The notes below the pieces were generated by a model that searched no databases, was not told the DNA's origin, and saw nothing but the letters and a program-made list of their open reading frames with translations. A stretch of 64,000 nucleotides of DNA from the human T2T-CHM13v2.0 reference genome, Homo sapiens: the NCBI RefSeq assembly GCF_009914755.1, contig NC_060925.1; one strand, 5' to 3'. Position 1 is the first letter of the stretch. Each line of letters opens with the position of its first letter. Shown here in pieces: positions 14,401 to 30,600 of this stretch. Both the position numbers and the translations under genes were made by a program.

Positions 14401-15219
14401 GTGCTGAGGGCTGTGAGTCCCACTGCGGGTTCAGGGCTGCCGTCAACCCTAGGCGGGGTGGGTTGTTCAGGGCCTATCAGCACTGCTCCAAGGGCTTCCC
14501 AGGCATTTTTTCTTTGCCCTGAAATAGTCCAGAGGAATTTGGCAGGGACAGCTTCAGGAATGTGGTTCATCGCCCCATCCAGAGTGGGAATTGGAACCAG
14601 AACGCTGCCTGCAGCGCAGCTCCAGCCTCTTCCTTCAACACACATTTAATTTTTTTAAAAAAGTTTAAAGCATCAGTAGCAGGCAGCTTGACTGAGGCTG
14701 GTGGGTGGCCAGGAGGAGAGGGAAGGAGCCTGCTGAGCAAAGAACAGCCAGGTCTGGTGCCTGGCTGCCTGCTGCCCCCTCTGGCAGCCACTGTCCCAGC
14801 TGTGGGGAGGAGCAGGCATGTCCCTTGTCCCTTGACTTTGGCTTTGAAAGGAGGCCCAAGGCATGAAATGCAGTGAGGAGCTTCGCCCCTGCGACGTTGC
14901 TCTCTGGAGGACACCTCATTGCTCCAGGGACAGACCTTGCTCCTGGTGCCAGGAATGAGGGTGGCCTCTCTTATTCTCTAGAAGTAAGGATAAGCAGAAG
15001 CAGAAACGCCGACCACACTGTTAAGAGGAGGTGGGGTGGCAGACAGAGGTCCTTGTAGGGTCCCTAGCAAGGGGACCTTGCTGTGCCCACACACAAGGGG
15101 ACCTTGCTGTGCCCATGCATGTGCCCACACGTGCATGCTTCCCCAAGTTTTGGTGTCTCTTTTCTGGGGATGACTTTTTTTTTTTTCTGAAGGAATACCT
15201 CCTGGATCCAACGGTATCA

Positions 15220-15415
15220 CATGATGGCTGTATGACCTTAGGCAGGTGACTTAACCTCTCTGTGCCTCAGTTTCTTCATCTGTAAAATGGGATCATAATC
15301 ATACCTATCTCATAGGGCTCTCTTGAAGATTGAATGTTATTACATATAAAGTCTTAGAATAGCACTTTGCACATATATATAGTGAGGCTTACATGTTGTC
15401 CTTATTATTATTATC
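15220..15415 (+). mobile_element. MIR SINE
   Basis: tatgaccttaggcaggtgacttaacctctctgtgcctcagtttcttcatctgtaaaatggg. Confidence 0.85.
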
Positions 15416-15641
15416 CTTAGAATTTGTGCTGGGGTGAAGCCAGCCCTCCCATTCCAGCTGTGAGAGGCCCAATGCTCTGTGACCCAGCAGGGCCACTAGG
15501 CTGTGAGCCTGTTGAGCACAGGGTGAGTCTTCACTCAGCTCCGCACCTCCATGGCTGGTACAATACCTGGCTTGTAGCAGGTGCTCAGTAATTTTGGGGC
15601 CAAATAGCTTGTCAGGGACATGGCTGATGTGCGGTCCCACA

Positions 15642-15795
15642 CTGCAGTTCTCAGACCTCAGAATCCCTTGGGACGCTTGGTAAAAATGTAAAACCCCAGC
15701 TTCTACCCTCAGAGATTCTGACTCAATATTAGCAGAAATGGAGTGGGGCCAGATAACTTGCATTGTTTGAAAAGCACCCCATTTGAGAAACACTC
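15642..15795. mobile_element. MER5-like hAT-Charlie MITE
   Basis: cagttctca...cagagattctgactca...tttgagaaacact with inverted ends. Confidence 0.55.
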
Positions 15796-16875
15796 CTGGG
15801 GAAGCTCAATGTAACGTACCCCCAAAGCCTGGGATTGAGGGACAAGAGGGAGAGCCAGGAGTGGCTACTCCCAGCTGTGGCCTGCCTGCGTGACCCTCTT
15901 CTGCCTTCAGGACTGGGAGGGGATGGTGGGATCTGCGCTGTCTGGTAGAAATACTGAAGAGGGGTAGAGCCTGGCAGGGAGATAAGTTAGGGTTAGATTT
16001 GGTTTGAAGCATTTTTAATCTGGAGCTGCTCTGCAGTAAGGTGAGGTCAGTGGTTCTTAGAAATACTAAAAAAGAGCCTCCAAGACAGGCCCACAGCTCA
16101 CTGGTCCCTCAGGGTGACTGCCACACATCAGGGCTCCTCCTGTCCTCAGCTCAGCCCCCAACCTGAGCCCCGCCCCTCCCTGGAGGCCCTCCTTCACAAG
16201 CCCCCTGCTGGATGTTTGCAGGGCTCCAGGCTGGAGTGATGCCCTCCTTTCTGCTCAGGGCTGTCACCCGGAGCTCTGGTGGCTCCTCTGGGTAAGCAGA
16301 ACAGTCAGTGAGATTTCCTTGAGGTTCAAAATGTGGCCTTTGGAAAACAGCTGTTAGTGTAACCCAGCAGCCCAAGAAAAGACATAATGGAGTTGAGTCA
16401 GGAGGCGTGTGCTTTTATGGAGCTGTGTGTTTAAAGATACATCTGAGGTTTGTTTCTTAGCAACAGGGATCATCCAAAGCACATTGGCAGTGTCAGAGCA
16501 ACCAATGATGCCCAAAACCACCCTGTAAAATACAATAGAAATCTACAGAGTAAGAGGGAAGAAGCTAAGCACAGTTCCTCCAACAGGTGGAGAAACTCAG
16601 AAGGCTGAACAGATGCAGTCGCCATTGTTTTAGACTAGACAGCACCAGGGTGAGAGAAGTTTCCACCCCACAGGGGCCAAGCCACCTCCCTCCACCTGGC
16701 TTCCTTCTGGCCAGAGCAGGCTTTTCTTCAAGGAGCATCATGCAGAGAGCTCTTGCCTCTTTGAGCTCCCTGCTTCCCCAGCACCTGGAGCTGCAGCATC
16801 CAAACAAATGATCATTTATCCTTCATATGTGAAGGGTGAGGGCTGAACCTGGGAGAAGATATTAGAGACCTAAAT

Positions 16876-18051
<1,176 letters not shown>

Positions 18052-19449
18052 CCTTTTCCCTTCCTTATTCTCCTACTTCGCACTTCTGAGTGCCTGGAGG
18101 CCTCTTGAGCAAAGTTGCTTAGAAACCTGTGTTGTCAGAGCTGCTACACTGGCATGGACAGGTGGTCAGAGCAGAGAGGCAACAAGACACTGTCGAACAA
18201 GCACAGCCAATAAACAAGAATTAAAGGGCATGATGATGATACCGGCTGCGGTGAGAACCTGCCACCCTTGTCATCAAAGAAACAGGCACCATCACCTTCC
18301 TCCACAGAGGGGCATTCACAGCACAGGTGTTCTGGGTCAAGGTCATTGAAATGTAATTTGACCTTGGAAAGGTGAGAGCCATTGACTCTGAGATTCTCAG
18401 GGCTTTTTTCAGTCTGTTTTTCTAATACCTACTACATTCATTTAACAACTTTCAACAAGTATGCATTGTTGAAAGTAGGCACTTGGCCAAATCCTGGGTC
18501 TACAGGGATACTGTCATGAAGCTGGGCTTCAGTGGAAACCAGGAAACCCGAGGTGGGAGAGGCTAACAGCCCTGTGCGGCTGGATGCCTCGGGGAGATGG
18601 AAAGGGGAAAGTGGAGCTGGTCACAGTTTTACGATGAGCAGACGGAGCAGAGGGGAGCACGCTTTGTCTAAGAACTCCCAGAGGGCAGGGCCTCCCGGTG
18701 GATTAAGCAGGCCAGGGAAGCCTCCTGAGTTCCCCAAGTCCCTGAGTCGGCCTTTGGGCAGCATTCCTGGGACTCAGGTACTCTGGCTGCTCTGCCCCAG
18801 GGAAAGTGCCCCAACCTCTGGGGAAATGCCTGGAAGCCCCTCAAGTGGTCCTGCCATGGCATTGAGCAGGAAAGTCAGGGTCCGCGGTACTAGTTCTGCA
18901 GGAATGGCTTCCTTCTGTTTCACGGGACCAGGCTCATGAAAAGTTAGAGCTGGAAGGGTCCTTGAGGAACACACAGTCCAAGCCTCTCATTTTACAGACA
19001 TGGGCACTGAGGCTCAGAGGCAAGAGGGACTCTCCCAGGTCCCATGGTGGCAGAGCCAGGGCTAGAACCCAGGCCTCCTGACCCTGATCCCCAGAGGGAG
19101 GTCACATGGGAAGCAGTAGGATGAAGATCATGTCTGAGTCCTGGGCCTGCCGCAGGTTTGGGGTTTGGTTTGTTGTTGTTTTTGTCCAACTTTCCGGAGT
19201 TGGTCCAGCACCTGCTGTAGTGTTACCTGGGCACCTGGATCCCTGCATAGGTTAGTTACCACATACAGCAGATTTTCCAAAGTGGTGCATCGGTCTGCCA
19301 TTCCTGACCGGCCCTTTCTAACCTTGGCCAGGTCAATTAAGCATTTTTTGCTTCAGGTTTGATGAACCTGATGTTAGTAGTACCTACTTCACAGGCTTGT
19401 TGCCATAAGTGAGTTAATGCACATAGAGCTTTTGTAACAGATGGTGGCG

Positions 19450-20800
<1,351 letters not shown>

Positions 20801-22659
20801 GGCCAAAGTGACGGGTGACCAGGCCTGTGAGAGATGTGGAGACCTCACATAAACAAGTGCACCTCAGGGAGCCCGAGGTGGGGACGTTACCGTTGCCAAC
20901 TCTCAGAGTGGAGACAGCTTTGCAAGAGAAGTGATAGGACTCCTGAAGCCCAGAGGGCGTGTCTCGGGGTCAGCGGGGCCCCAGGGCTTTGGGTCTCACA
21001 ACCCCTCAGAGGAAAGGCCCACCCCAACTCATGGGGAACAAGCAAACCGCAGGTGTGGACCGCGGTCAGTTCCGAGCAGGGCTGGGGTCATATGTCTGGG
21101 CTCCTTGCTGTCCGGGCTGCTGGCTCCATCCCAGAACTCTGCATATGTGGACTCACTGGCTGCTCACAGCAGGCCTGTGAAGTAGGTGCTAGCGGGAGGA
21201 GAGCCTTGGGCACAGAGAGCCTGATGGACCTGCCCAAGTTAGGAAGGGGCAGAGCTGGTGGGCTCAGGCAGTCGGGTACCAGGAGCAGTCGCCTGACCAC
21301 TGCTCTGCACCTCACAGTGATTTGTGAGGACTAGATCAGGCCTATACAGAATGGGCCAGGACAGCAGAAGCCCTCAATAAGGTGAGTGCTGTCACGCTGC
21401 CCTATTGCACAGATAGATAGTGTGGTGGGAATGCAGAAAAGTGACTTCTCACCCGAAAGTTGACAGTCAGCTCCAGCTGGAGGCTGAAGGTTCCCAGAAA
21501 GACAGATTGGCCTGGTCTGACGCTCCAGCAGGCTGCCCTCCAATCCCTGCCGGCAGGCACCCAGGGTGGGTGAGGCAGGAGGCAGGTGATGGTGGCTGGC
21601 CAGGTCCATGGACTGGGCCGCGAGGCCTGGCTGGGCTCTGGGTTGTGGGGAACAGAGTGGGGGGTGGCTAAGTGGCAGTGGGACTTTCTGAACAGGGTTG
21701 GGGAGAAGACGGGGCAAAGGCCCAGGCCAGGGCAAACATGAAGGTGTTTCTTGGTGTTCAACAGGACAAGATTTCCCAAAGTGCCATTTCTGGGAGGACA
21801 AAAATAACTAACACCATGTCATATCTGGTCACCCATTTTTCAGCTCCTTTTAGGCATGTGGAAGCCTGCAGTGGATAGTCTGAACCACCAAAATATCAAA
21901 GGCAACTGCACGCCAATAGATAGTCAGCCTTTCACATCCGCAGAGCCTTCTTTCCCTAATAGGAAATGTCTGCTGGTGACTTTCTCCCCAGAGCCTGCGT
22001 TGGCATCAGGCCAAGGGCTGAGTCCTGCCCTCCTCATCTCAGGGGCTGCCACCCCTGTCATTTTCCTGTTTGTTTAGACTGCTAGAAGGAGAACGTACTG
22101 CCCTAGGTTTCAAAGCCTCAGTTAAGTCTCCCTGCACCTAATGAGTTCTGCTTTGAAAATCCATCAGCCTCAGACGCGGCTCTGTCTGACCCTGTGATTC
22201 TCTCCTTGGCTCAGTAATCAGGTGGGGACCACCAGAATGGAGCACGACTCCTCTTCCGGCCGCTCCCTGGCAGGTGGAGTGATGGTCTGTCCTTACTCCA
22301 GGTTGCAGGAGCAGCTCATTAGAGGGAGTGACACACAGTCTCCCAGAGCTGCTGGCTGGGGCTGTTGCTGGGCAAGGGGCTAGGGGGACAGAACTGGTAT
22401 TATGGGCCTGGGATGGCTGGGTATTCTGGGGTTCCCAGCCAAAAGTCTCCTGCAAGGCCAGTAGCCCTGAATCACAGCAGAAAAGAAAAAGAAATTCCCC
22501 CCATTCTGCAAAAGCCATGATGAAATGAAATTCATTCGTGGAGAGATTACATGATTGAGGCTCCCGAGTGGCTGCTGTGTGGAGTGTATGTGTCCCAGGT
22601 AAAGACCCATCTCTTGCCAAGGTTGCCAATGACTAGTGAGTTAGTGGACACCCAAAAGG

Positions 22660-22870
22660 CATTTTTTTTTATTGTGGTAAAATGTGCATAACGTAATATT
22701 TACCATTTTAGCCATTTTTAAGTGTAGAGTCCTGTGGCAGTAAGTACATTCACAATGCTGTGCAACCATCACCACCATCCATCTGCAGGACATTTTCATC
22801 TTCCCAAACGGAAACTCTGTGCCCATTAACATGAGCTGCCCACTCCCCCCTCCCAGGCCCTGGCAACCAC
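22660..22870 (-). mobile_element. L1MB-like 3' end fragment
   Basis: ttttattgtggtaaaat...tttaccattttagccatttttaagtgta...catcttcccaaacggaaactctgtgccc. Confidence 0.75.
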
Positions 22871-23149
22871 CAGAGTACAGGGCAGCAGAAACCCACAAAC
22901 ACAGCTTGTCTAGTTCCGTGGACACACAGCTCTTTGGGCCTTGGCTGATGCCTCTCTGGAGAGCTATTCATTTAATAAACCCTTATGAAAGGCTTGCCAT
23001 GTGCCAGGCATTGCACTGGTGCCTAGAATATAAAGGGGAGTAAATGCAACCCTACTTTCTACAGCAAACATAGCTATCCACACACTTCCTTAGTGACCAC
23101 CGCTGCTCCCTCCTGGTCTAAGCACCTGTTACCCCTCTACTGCTCACAG

Positions 23150-23315
23150 CCACATACAGAGATAGGCATTACTGCTCTTATTTTCAGGTGAGGAAACCAA
23201 GGCACAGAAAGGTTAGGTGACTTGTCCAACATCACACAGGTAGGAAGTGGCAGAGCTGAGTCTCAAACTCAAGCAGTCTGGCTTCAGCATTGGTGTTGGT
23301 CTTCTTAACCTCTTG
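23150..23315 (-). mobile_element. MIR SINE
   Basis: ttttcaggtgaggaaaccaaggcacagaaaggttaggtgacttgtccaacatcacacag. Confidence 0.8.
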
Positions 23316-24344
23316 GCTGTGCTGCCTTTGAAGGGCTCACAGCCAGTGCAGGGAAGAGAGTGTCCCTTCTTGGGACTGCTCTCCCTTCAGGAATTGTCCT
23401 CATTGTGTCGGGTGACATGATTCTAGTAAATAGGAAAGCAAAAAGCAAAGCAAACCCGGTTAAAAAAAAAAGTGAAATTGTACCCAGAAATCTAGTACAG
23501 CTCGAGACCATGGAGAAGACCAGGAATGAAGCCTCGGGAAGTCTCCAGGGCTGTGGGAGGCTATCTGCTGTCTCACTCACCCTGCCAGCTCTTCACACGA
23601 AACAGTTTCTCACACACACACACACACACTCACACACTCAGGCACACATAGACTCGTGCACGCATGCACGCCAGGGACTGATGATGATGGCTGAAAGTCC
23701 TTTACCCATGGTGTTCTTCGCTGCCAGAGGGAAAGCTGAGAGCCCCTCGGGCCCCAGGGCCATTGTCTTCATGGGAGTAAGGGCAACTGAAAGGGAGGGG
23801 GGGCCAGCAGCAGCCGCTCTTACTGTGACAGCATGCACTGCTTTTGGAGGCTTTAGTCAGATTCCGACTCAGGGGCTGTCCTGCAGTCTTCTCCCCAGAC
23901 AAATGGGTTGTTCTGTGGGGGGGATGGTTGTTCTATGGGATGAAGGAGACAGAGGCTGCACAGAGGAGACAGTAGGGCGGGGGAGAGTGAGTGCAAAAAC
24001 CCAAAGTCACTGCCTTGCTTCCACCACTAGCCCAGGCAGGTGGGAGGGCCTGGCCTACCCTTTTCTTTGGGGGAGGTCTGCCCCCTCGGCCTCTTCCCTG
24101 ACACGCAGCCTTACTTTTTCATTGTGATGAGATAGTATCATGAGAGGCGGCCCCAGACTGCCCTCCCCGTGGGCCCAGGATGCTGGACCTTGTTGGACCT
24201 TGGTGGAGGATGATGCCGTCAAAAAGACATTGCTGTTTGCACCTTCTCAATATCTCACCATCTTGCTTCTGTGTGCTTTCTCAAAATGTCTTTACGCGTC
24301 ATCATGGTCATGTAGTCTCTTTTCAATTTTTTCTTTATTTTTAA

Positions 24345-24783
<439 letters not shown>

Positions 24784-25734
24784 TAAAAGGCAGCCATAAC
24801 TGGGCTGAGTCTGACTCGGTGAAGGCCAAGTTTAAAGCCCACAGCCACCCCTGCAGCGGCTGCTTCCCTGGGCAGAGACAATGAGTGCAGCTGGGCCTTG
24901 GAAGGCCTCTCCCCTCCCATCCCTGAGTCTTGATCAGCTGCCCCTCATACCCCAGGGTTTTCTCTTGCTGATTTCTCTCTCAAGCAATGAAATAAAAAAA
25001 GTCACACTGAAGTATTAGGGACTTAATCAAAGATAAAGTTGCATTTTGAAGGAGAATCTTGGGGAGCTAAAAGTTCATAATGACAAGAAGTGAGTGCTGC
25101 GGCTGGAATTTCCTTTTCCAGTGGGGCCCATACCTCTGTGCATCCCTAAATTTGATCAGGTTCATGATGCACTTGACCTGTATGGATGGTGGGTTCTCGC
25201 CTGGCCCATCCCAGTGCCATTTCTTAGGATCTGCAGCTGTGAAGCCGGCTATGTGCGCTAATTCTTTGAGAGAAGCATGGTGTCCTAATCTCACACTGTC
25301 CCTTTGGCAAATGATAGAAGGAAACTATCTTATCTTGGCAGCATGGTGGAGAGAAGCCACTGTGAGGCATTAGCTGAGTGATGGGGGAAGGATGGGGCAT
25401 GGGGATGCCAGTCCATCACGATAAGGGATGCCAACTCCCAACACATGAGTGCAGCCTTCATTCAGTTCTGTGCCAGGTGCTGGGCTGCGTGCTGGGAATA
25501 CAGTGGTATCAGCAAAATTTACTTGGTCCCTGTCCATGTGGTGCTTCCTGTCTCTTCGAGGAGATAGACGTTACATCAGATAATCCCACCCGCAAGTGTG
25601 AGATGAGGAGGTCTGTGAAGGAGAGGCATTCAGAGATAGGAGAGTGAGGGGCCGTGGAGGCCTCCCAAGGAAGCCTCACTGGCCGAGAAAGAGTTCAGTG
25701 GGGATCAGGGAGACCAACTTGGGAAGGCCTTATT

Positions 25735-26033
25735 TCTTTTTTTTTTTTTTTTTTCTTTTTGAGACAGGGCCTTTTTCGCCCAGGCTGGTGTGCAGTGGTG
25801 CAATCATAGTTCACTGCAGCCTTGAACTCCTGGGCTCAATCCATCCTCCCACCCATCCTCCCTAGTAACTGGAACTACAGGCACATGCCACTGCCCCCAA
25901 CTAATTAAAAAAAAAATTTTTTTTTGTAGAGATGGAGCCTCCCTGTGTTGCTTGGGCCTCAAGCAAGCCTCCAGCCTCGGCCTCCCAACGTGTTGGGATT
26001 TGAGATTACAGGCGTGAGCCACCCTGCCCTGCC
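25735..26033 (-). mobile_element. AluJ inserted in L2 sequence (L2 remnants at ~25460-25690 and ~26040-26610)
   Basis: Reverse Alu dimer. The flanks have L2-like ggtctggagctcagaggcaaggtctgtgctggaga. Confidence 0.8.
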
Positions 26034-26910
26034 CCTTTGTTTTTATTCTATGAGCAATGGGAGCAGCCGAAGGATAATCATATCTGCATCTTGAAAACAT
26101 CCCTGTAGCTGTTGTAGGCAGCACAGCTGTGGGAGACCTGTAAGGAGGCGGCAGTCCAGGCAAGAGTTGATGGGAACTTGAACTAGGAGGCGGTGTTAGC
26201 AGAGACAAAGTGGGTGGAGGTAAGAGACATTTAGAAGTAAAAAAATGACAGATTTGGTCTCAGATGGGCTGTGTGGGAGGAGGAGCCATGGGGAATCCTG
26301 GGTTCTGGCTGGTGCAGGTGATGGGAGTGGGTGTGGATCTCTGAGATGAGAAAGGGCCAGGCTTAGTGCAGGGACAGGTCAGGAATTTGTTCTTGTACTT
26401 GTTTTTGAGAGGGTTTTGAAATATCCCAGAAGAGGTGTCAAGTAAGCCATTGTCAGTGGTCTGGAGCTCAGAGGCAAGGTCTGTGCTGGAGAATGAAGTC
26501 TTCAATCAGGTGCCCTGGGTGGAGGGGAGAGGATCTTAGGAGAGGCTGTGTGCTGGGGAGAGGAGAGGTCTAGGGCTGAGCCTGAGGGCTTCAACATTTC
26601 ATGGTTGATGAGGGGGAGGGCAGAGGGGGACAAGTCATACCTTAAGTGTGCCCCACTCTCCCTGGCATATATCCCATCTTTTCTACTTGGAACATTCTTC
26701 CCCCTTCCTAGACTCCCCACTCACCCTGAGGTCTCTCCTTCCTCTCAGAAGCCCTCCTGTGCTCTTATGCCTGGGTCAAGGGCTGCTCTTGCCCCACTGC
26801 TCCCCATGCTGCCCCCTCACAGCCTTTATCACATTGACCAGCAAATACCCAGCTGTGTGTCTGGATCCATCACTAATCGAAGGGTTCTATGTCTGGGTCA
26901 CCATTGTGCC

Positions 26911-26931
26911 CCCAGCACCAAGGACAGTGTC
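26911..26931 (+). promoter_or_regulatory. Candidate REST/NRSF RE1 site
   Basis: CCCAGCACCAAGGACAGTGTC versus consensus TTCAGCACCACGGACAGCGCC. Both half-site cores are intact, with the canonical 2-nt spacer. Confidence 0.5.
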
Positions 26932-26939
26932 TGGTGGAT

Positions 26940-27745
26940 CTGTAGTTAGAGTAGAGGCTCAGCTGCTATAACAAAGAGACCAGAAACACAGTGGCTTAAA
27001 TGCATTAGAAGCCCTTTCTCTCATGTCAAGCTATCAGGCTGTGCCAGGCTGGCAGGGCAGCTCTCTTCTACGAGGTCATTCATTGGAATCATCTTGGTGA
27101 ATAGTCTTCTGCCAAGGCCCAGGGTGCGGCCCTAGTTCCCATGGTTGAAGTTGGGTTACCGCCATGTCTTCTTTCCAGCCCATAGGAAAGGAAAAGAGCA
27201 AAGTCTGGGGAAAGCAGCTGGATTTAGTTTGGAGATGACCCAGAAGTTTCACACATGTATCACTTTCGCTCATAGCTCATTGTCCCAAACAGTCTCATGG
27301 CCTCTCTTGGTTGCAGAGGAGGCTGGGACATGCAGACTCTAGATGAGTAGCTAAATGCCCAGGAGTCAAAGGGAAGGGATTTGGGGGACAGCTAGCAGTC
27401 TTCCTACTCACTGGGCAATGAATATTGAATGGACGGACAGACAGTTGGTTTGTTGGTGTCTTAGTCCATTTTCTGTTGCTATAACAGAATACCACAGACT
27501 CGGTAATTTATAACAGAATGAAGTTTATTTAGCTCACAGTTCTGGAGGCTGAAAAGTCCAAGAGTATTGTGCCAGCATCTGGCGAGGGCCTTCTTGCTGT
27601 ATCATTACGTGGCAGAGGGCATCACTTGGTGACAGGGCAAGAGTGTATGAGCTTAGCTCTCTCTTCCTCTTGTTTATTTATTTATTTATTTATTTTTCTT
27701 TTTTGAGATGGAGTCTCACTCTGTTGCCCAGGCTGGAGTGCAGTG
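26940..27745 (-). mobile_element. MLT1-type LTR (~26940-27400), truncated MST/MLT1A-type LTR (~27457-27670) and a ~70-nt Alu 3' stub (~27675-27745)
   Basis: tgtcttagtccattttctgttgctataacagaataccacagact is a MaLR LTR end. The Alu stub is ttttgagatggagtctcactctgttgcccaggctggagtgcagtgg. Confidence 0.65.
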
Positions 27746-28408
27746 GGCAGGAGTACACACAGAGATGATGGTGGGGGAGGATGGACAGCCAGGTAGTGGG
27801 TGGGGAGAAGAACTGGAAACCAGCAAAATGAGCTGAGAAGAGTCAGTGGATGAGAAGATGGGCACATCAGGGAGGAGCCAGTGGTGAAGGACCGCCATCC
27901 TCTTAGTGGATTTCATCCTGAGCCAGGCCTGCCCTAGCCGGCTTGTGTCACTGAGATGCTCTCATCCTTCACGGGGACCCATTCCAGGGACATCCTGCAC
28001 CCATCCACTGTGGAGTGTTGTAAGTCCTCTCTGCAGCTGCTGCAGTTTATCTGAGATTTGACTAAAATCTTCCTTTCTTCCATTCCTAACTGCAGCCTTC
28101 TGCCCTGCCCCTCATTGACATGTCTGGCCCTCCTCTTCCAGCTCTCCCTCACTTAGTCACCCTGCAGCCATGCTGCTACCAGAGCTGTCCCCAGCCTCCT
28201 CCTGGAAACCCTGGTCCCAGGGAGCCTGACCACAGCTCCACTGATACGGAGGCAGACGCTGCTGCTGCTGTGCCGGCCCCTGCCCCGGGAAATGTCAGTG
28301 CCATCCTTCACCATTGGGATGACTGGTTTTAATCCTTGGTTCTTTCCTGAAATCAGTTTTCTTTTAAAAAGTAGGTTTCTCAAATCCATTTGGCTCTTTG
28401 CTCTTTTA

Positions 28409-28720
<312 letters not shown>

Positions 28721-28974
28721 GACATCAGTATGTGGACCCTGAAGGGTCACCCCAAAGTCAATCTCATCTGAAAGCCAGTGCACAGGAAGCCAGGCCACTT
28801 TTGTTTGGCTCTCAAAGTCCTGAAAAGGTTTTCCACAGTCCCAGGGTAGGCTGTCTCCTGAAGCCCCAGTACCTGCTTTCCCTCTTGTTCTCTGATGGAG
28901 CTGAGGGGCCACAGACCTCAGGCCTCTCCCTCTCCTTTCCTGGTAACCAACAAGTTTGTGAAAACAGGCACGGG

Positions 28975-30600
28975 CTGTCTCAGTTAGCTTTTGCTGCATG
29001 ACAAACCTCCCTAAAACTTAGTGGCTTAAAACAATAGTGTTTATGGAGTTCACAATTCTGTGGGCTGGGCTCAGGAGGGCATTTCTTTGGTCAAGCTGGG
29101 CTTGGTTATTCTTAGCTGGGATGGCTAGATGGCTGCGGCCATCCGCATGTGGTGTCTCATCCTCCAACAGGCTAGCCAGGGTTTGTCCATGTGGTGACAG
29201 TGCAGAGCTCTATGAGTGTGGCCTCAGCTCAGGAGTGGCACAGTGCCACTTCCCCTGCATTATATTGGCCAAGGAAAGTCCCAGGGCCAGCCTGGATTCA
29301 AAGGATGGGGAAGCAGATTCTACTTCTTAATGGGAGGAGCAGCAAAGTCACATTGCAAAGGCTATGGATACAGGAAGTGGAGAACTGGGGCCATTTCTGA
29401 AATCTGCTGCCGTTGGTTAATGTACCATTCATTCTAGGCCTGTTCTTGTCTGTTAAAAGAGAATAAAGACTTGGGATTGTTGTAGAAATCAAGTGAGGAA
29501 ATATGGTAAAATGCTAACTTCTAATGAGTGCTCGGTGCATTACAGATTGATTATAATGATAATGGTTTTACCTTTGCCAGTTGGAAGGCTGGGAAGGTAC
29601 TTTTTGCTAGACAAGCAAGCACACATGTCTATCCTACAGGACAGCATAAAGCAATTCTGTTTTTCCTCCTCAGTGCCTTATTAGTCCATTCCTGTCCACC
29701 TAGAAAGGTCCTCAGGGAGCTCCTCCTCACAGGCCTCTTCCTTTTTCTCTTTCCTCACAGCTCTGTGTCCCCTAGAGTCCTCCTCTCTGTCACTGGCTAT
29801 CTTTTGATAAACTTCTGGACTTCCTATAGCATGGCTGCAGTGCAGTGTTACCCTAACAGATTCTCTGACTTTTGTCAGTTGTCCTGGCTTGGTGAGGCAG
29901 GGCTCTGGGACGGGGGATGGGAGTAATTGCCCCTCTGCCCAAGAGCCAAGCAGTACAGGCCTTTAGGATTCTAGATGCTAAATGATTGCTGTAAAAACCA
30001 AATATCCTCGCCCACTTCTTCTATTCTTCTTCCCCCTCCATTGACATGTTGCCCAGTGACACTCTTGTTCCAACTATCTATTGTTGTGTAGAAAACAATC
30101 TCAAAATTTAGTGGTGCGAAAAAAAAAACCATTGTGTTATGCTCATCTTCTGTGGGTAGGAATTTAGATAGGACACATTCGGGATATCTTGTCTCTGCTC
30201 CATGATGTGTGGGGCCTCAGCTAGCAAGACTCAAAACCAGGGTGACTCGATGGTTGAGGACTGGAATCATCTGGAGGCATCTTTACTCACATGTCTGGTA
30301 GCTGAAACTGGCCCTCAGCTGGAACCTCACCTGAGCTGTTGAATGGACCATCTACACGAGGTTTCTCCCTGGAGTTTCTCACCTGAGCTAGTTTGGACTT
30401 TTTTATAGCGTGGTGGCTGGGTTCAAGAGTATGCAGCTGAAGATGCAGGAAGTGAAATCCAGCAGTTTGTTAAGGCCTGAGCCAGGAAACTGGCACAGTG
30501 CCACTTCTGTTATATGCTGTTGGTTATTAGAGTTCAGTTTTAAGAGGAAAGTATATGGGCCCATCTCTTGATGAAAGAGTGTCAAAGAATTGGCCGCCTG
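28975..30600 (-). mobile_element. Two MLT1-type LTR remnants (~28975-29410 and ~30070-30600)
   Basis: aaaacttagtggcttaaaacaa and ggcacagtgccacttc motifs, present in both or in related form. Confidence 0.6.

Noticed and set aside
18448-18476. 11-bp perfect inverted repeat (ACTTTCAACAA/TTGTTGAAAGT); a similar 10-bp one at 2688-2713
   Set aside because: Short, AT-rich and near TE remnants. Compatible with chance or a neutral micro template switch.
23360-24127. 255-aa ORF
   Set aside because: Non-ATG start, reads through a (CA)n microsatellite (THTHTH), and shows no protein family resemblance.
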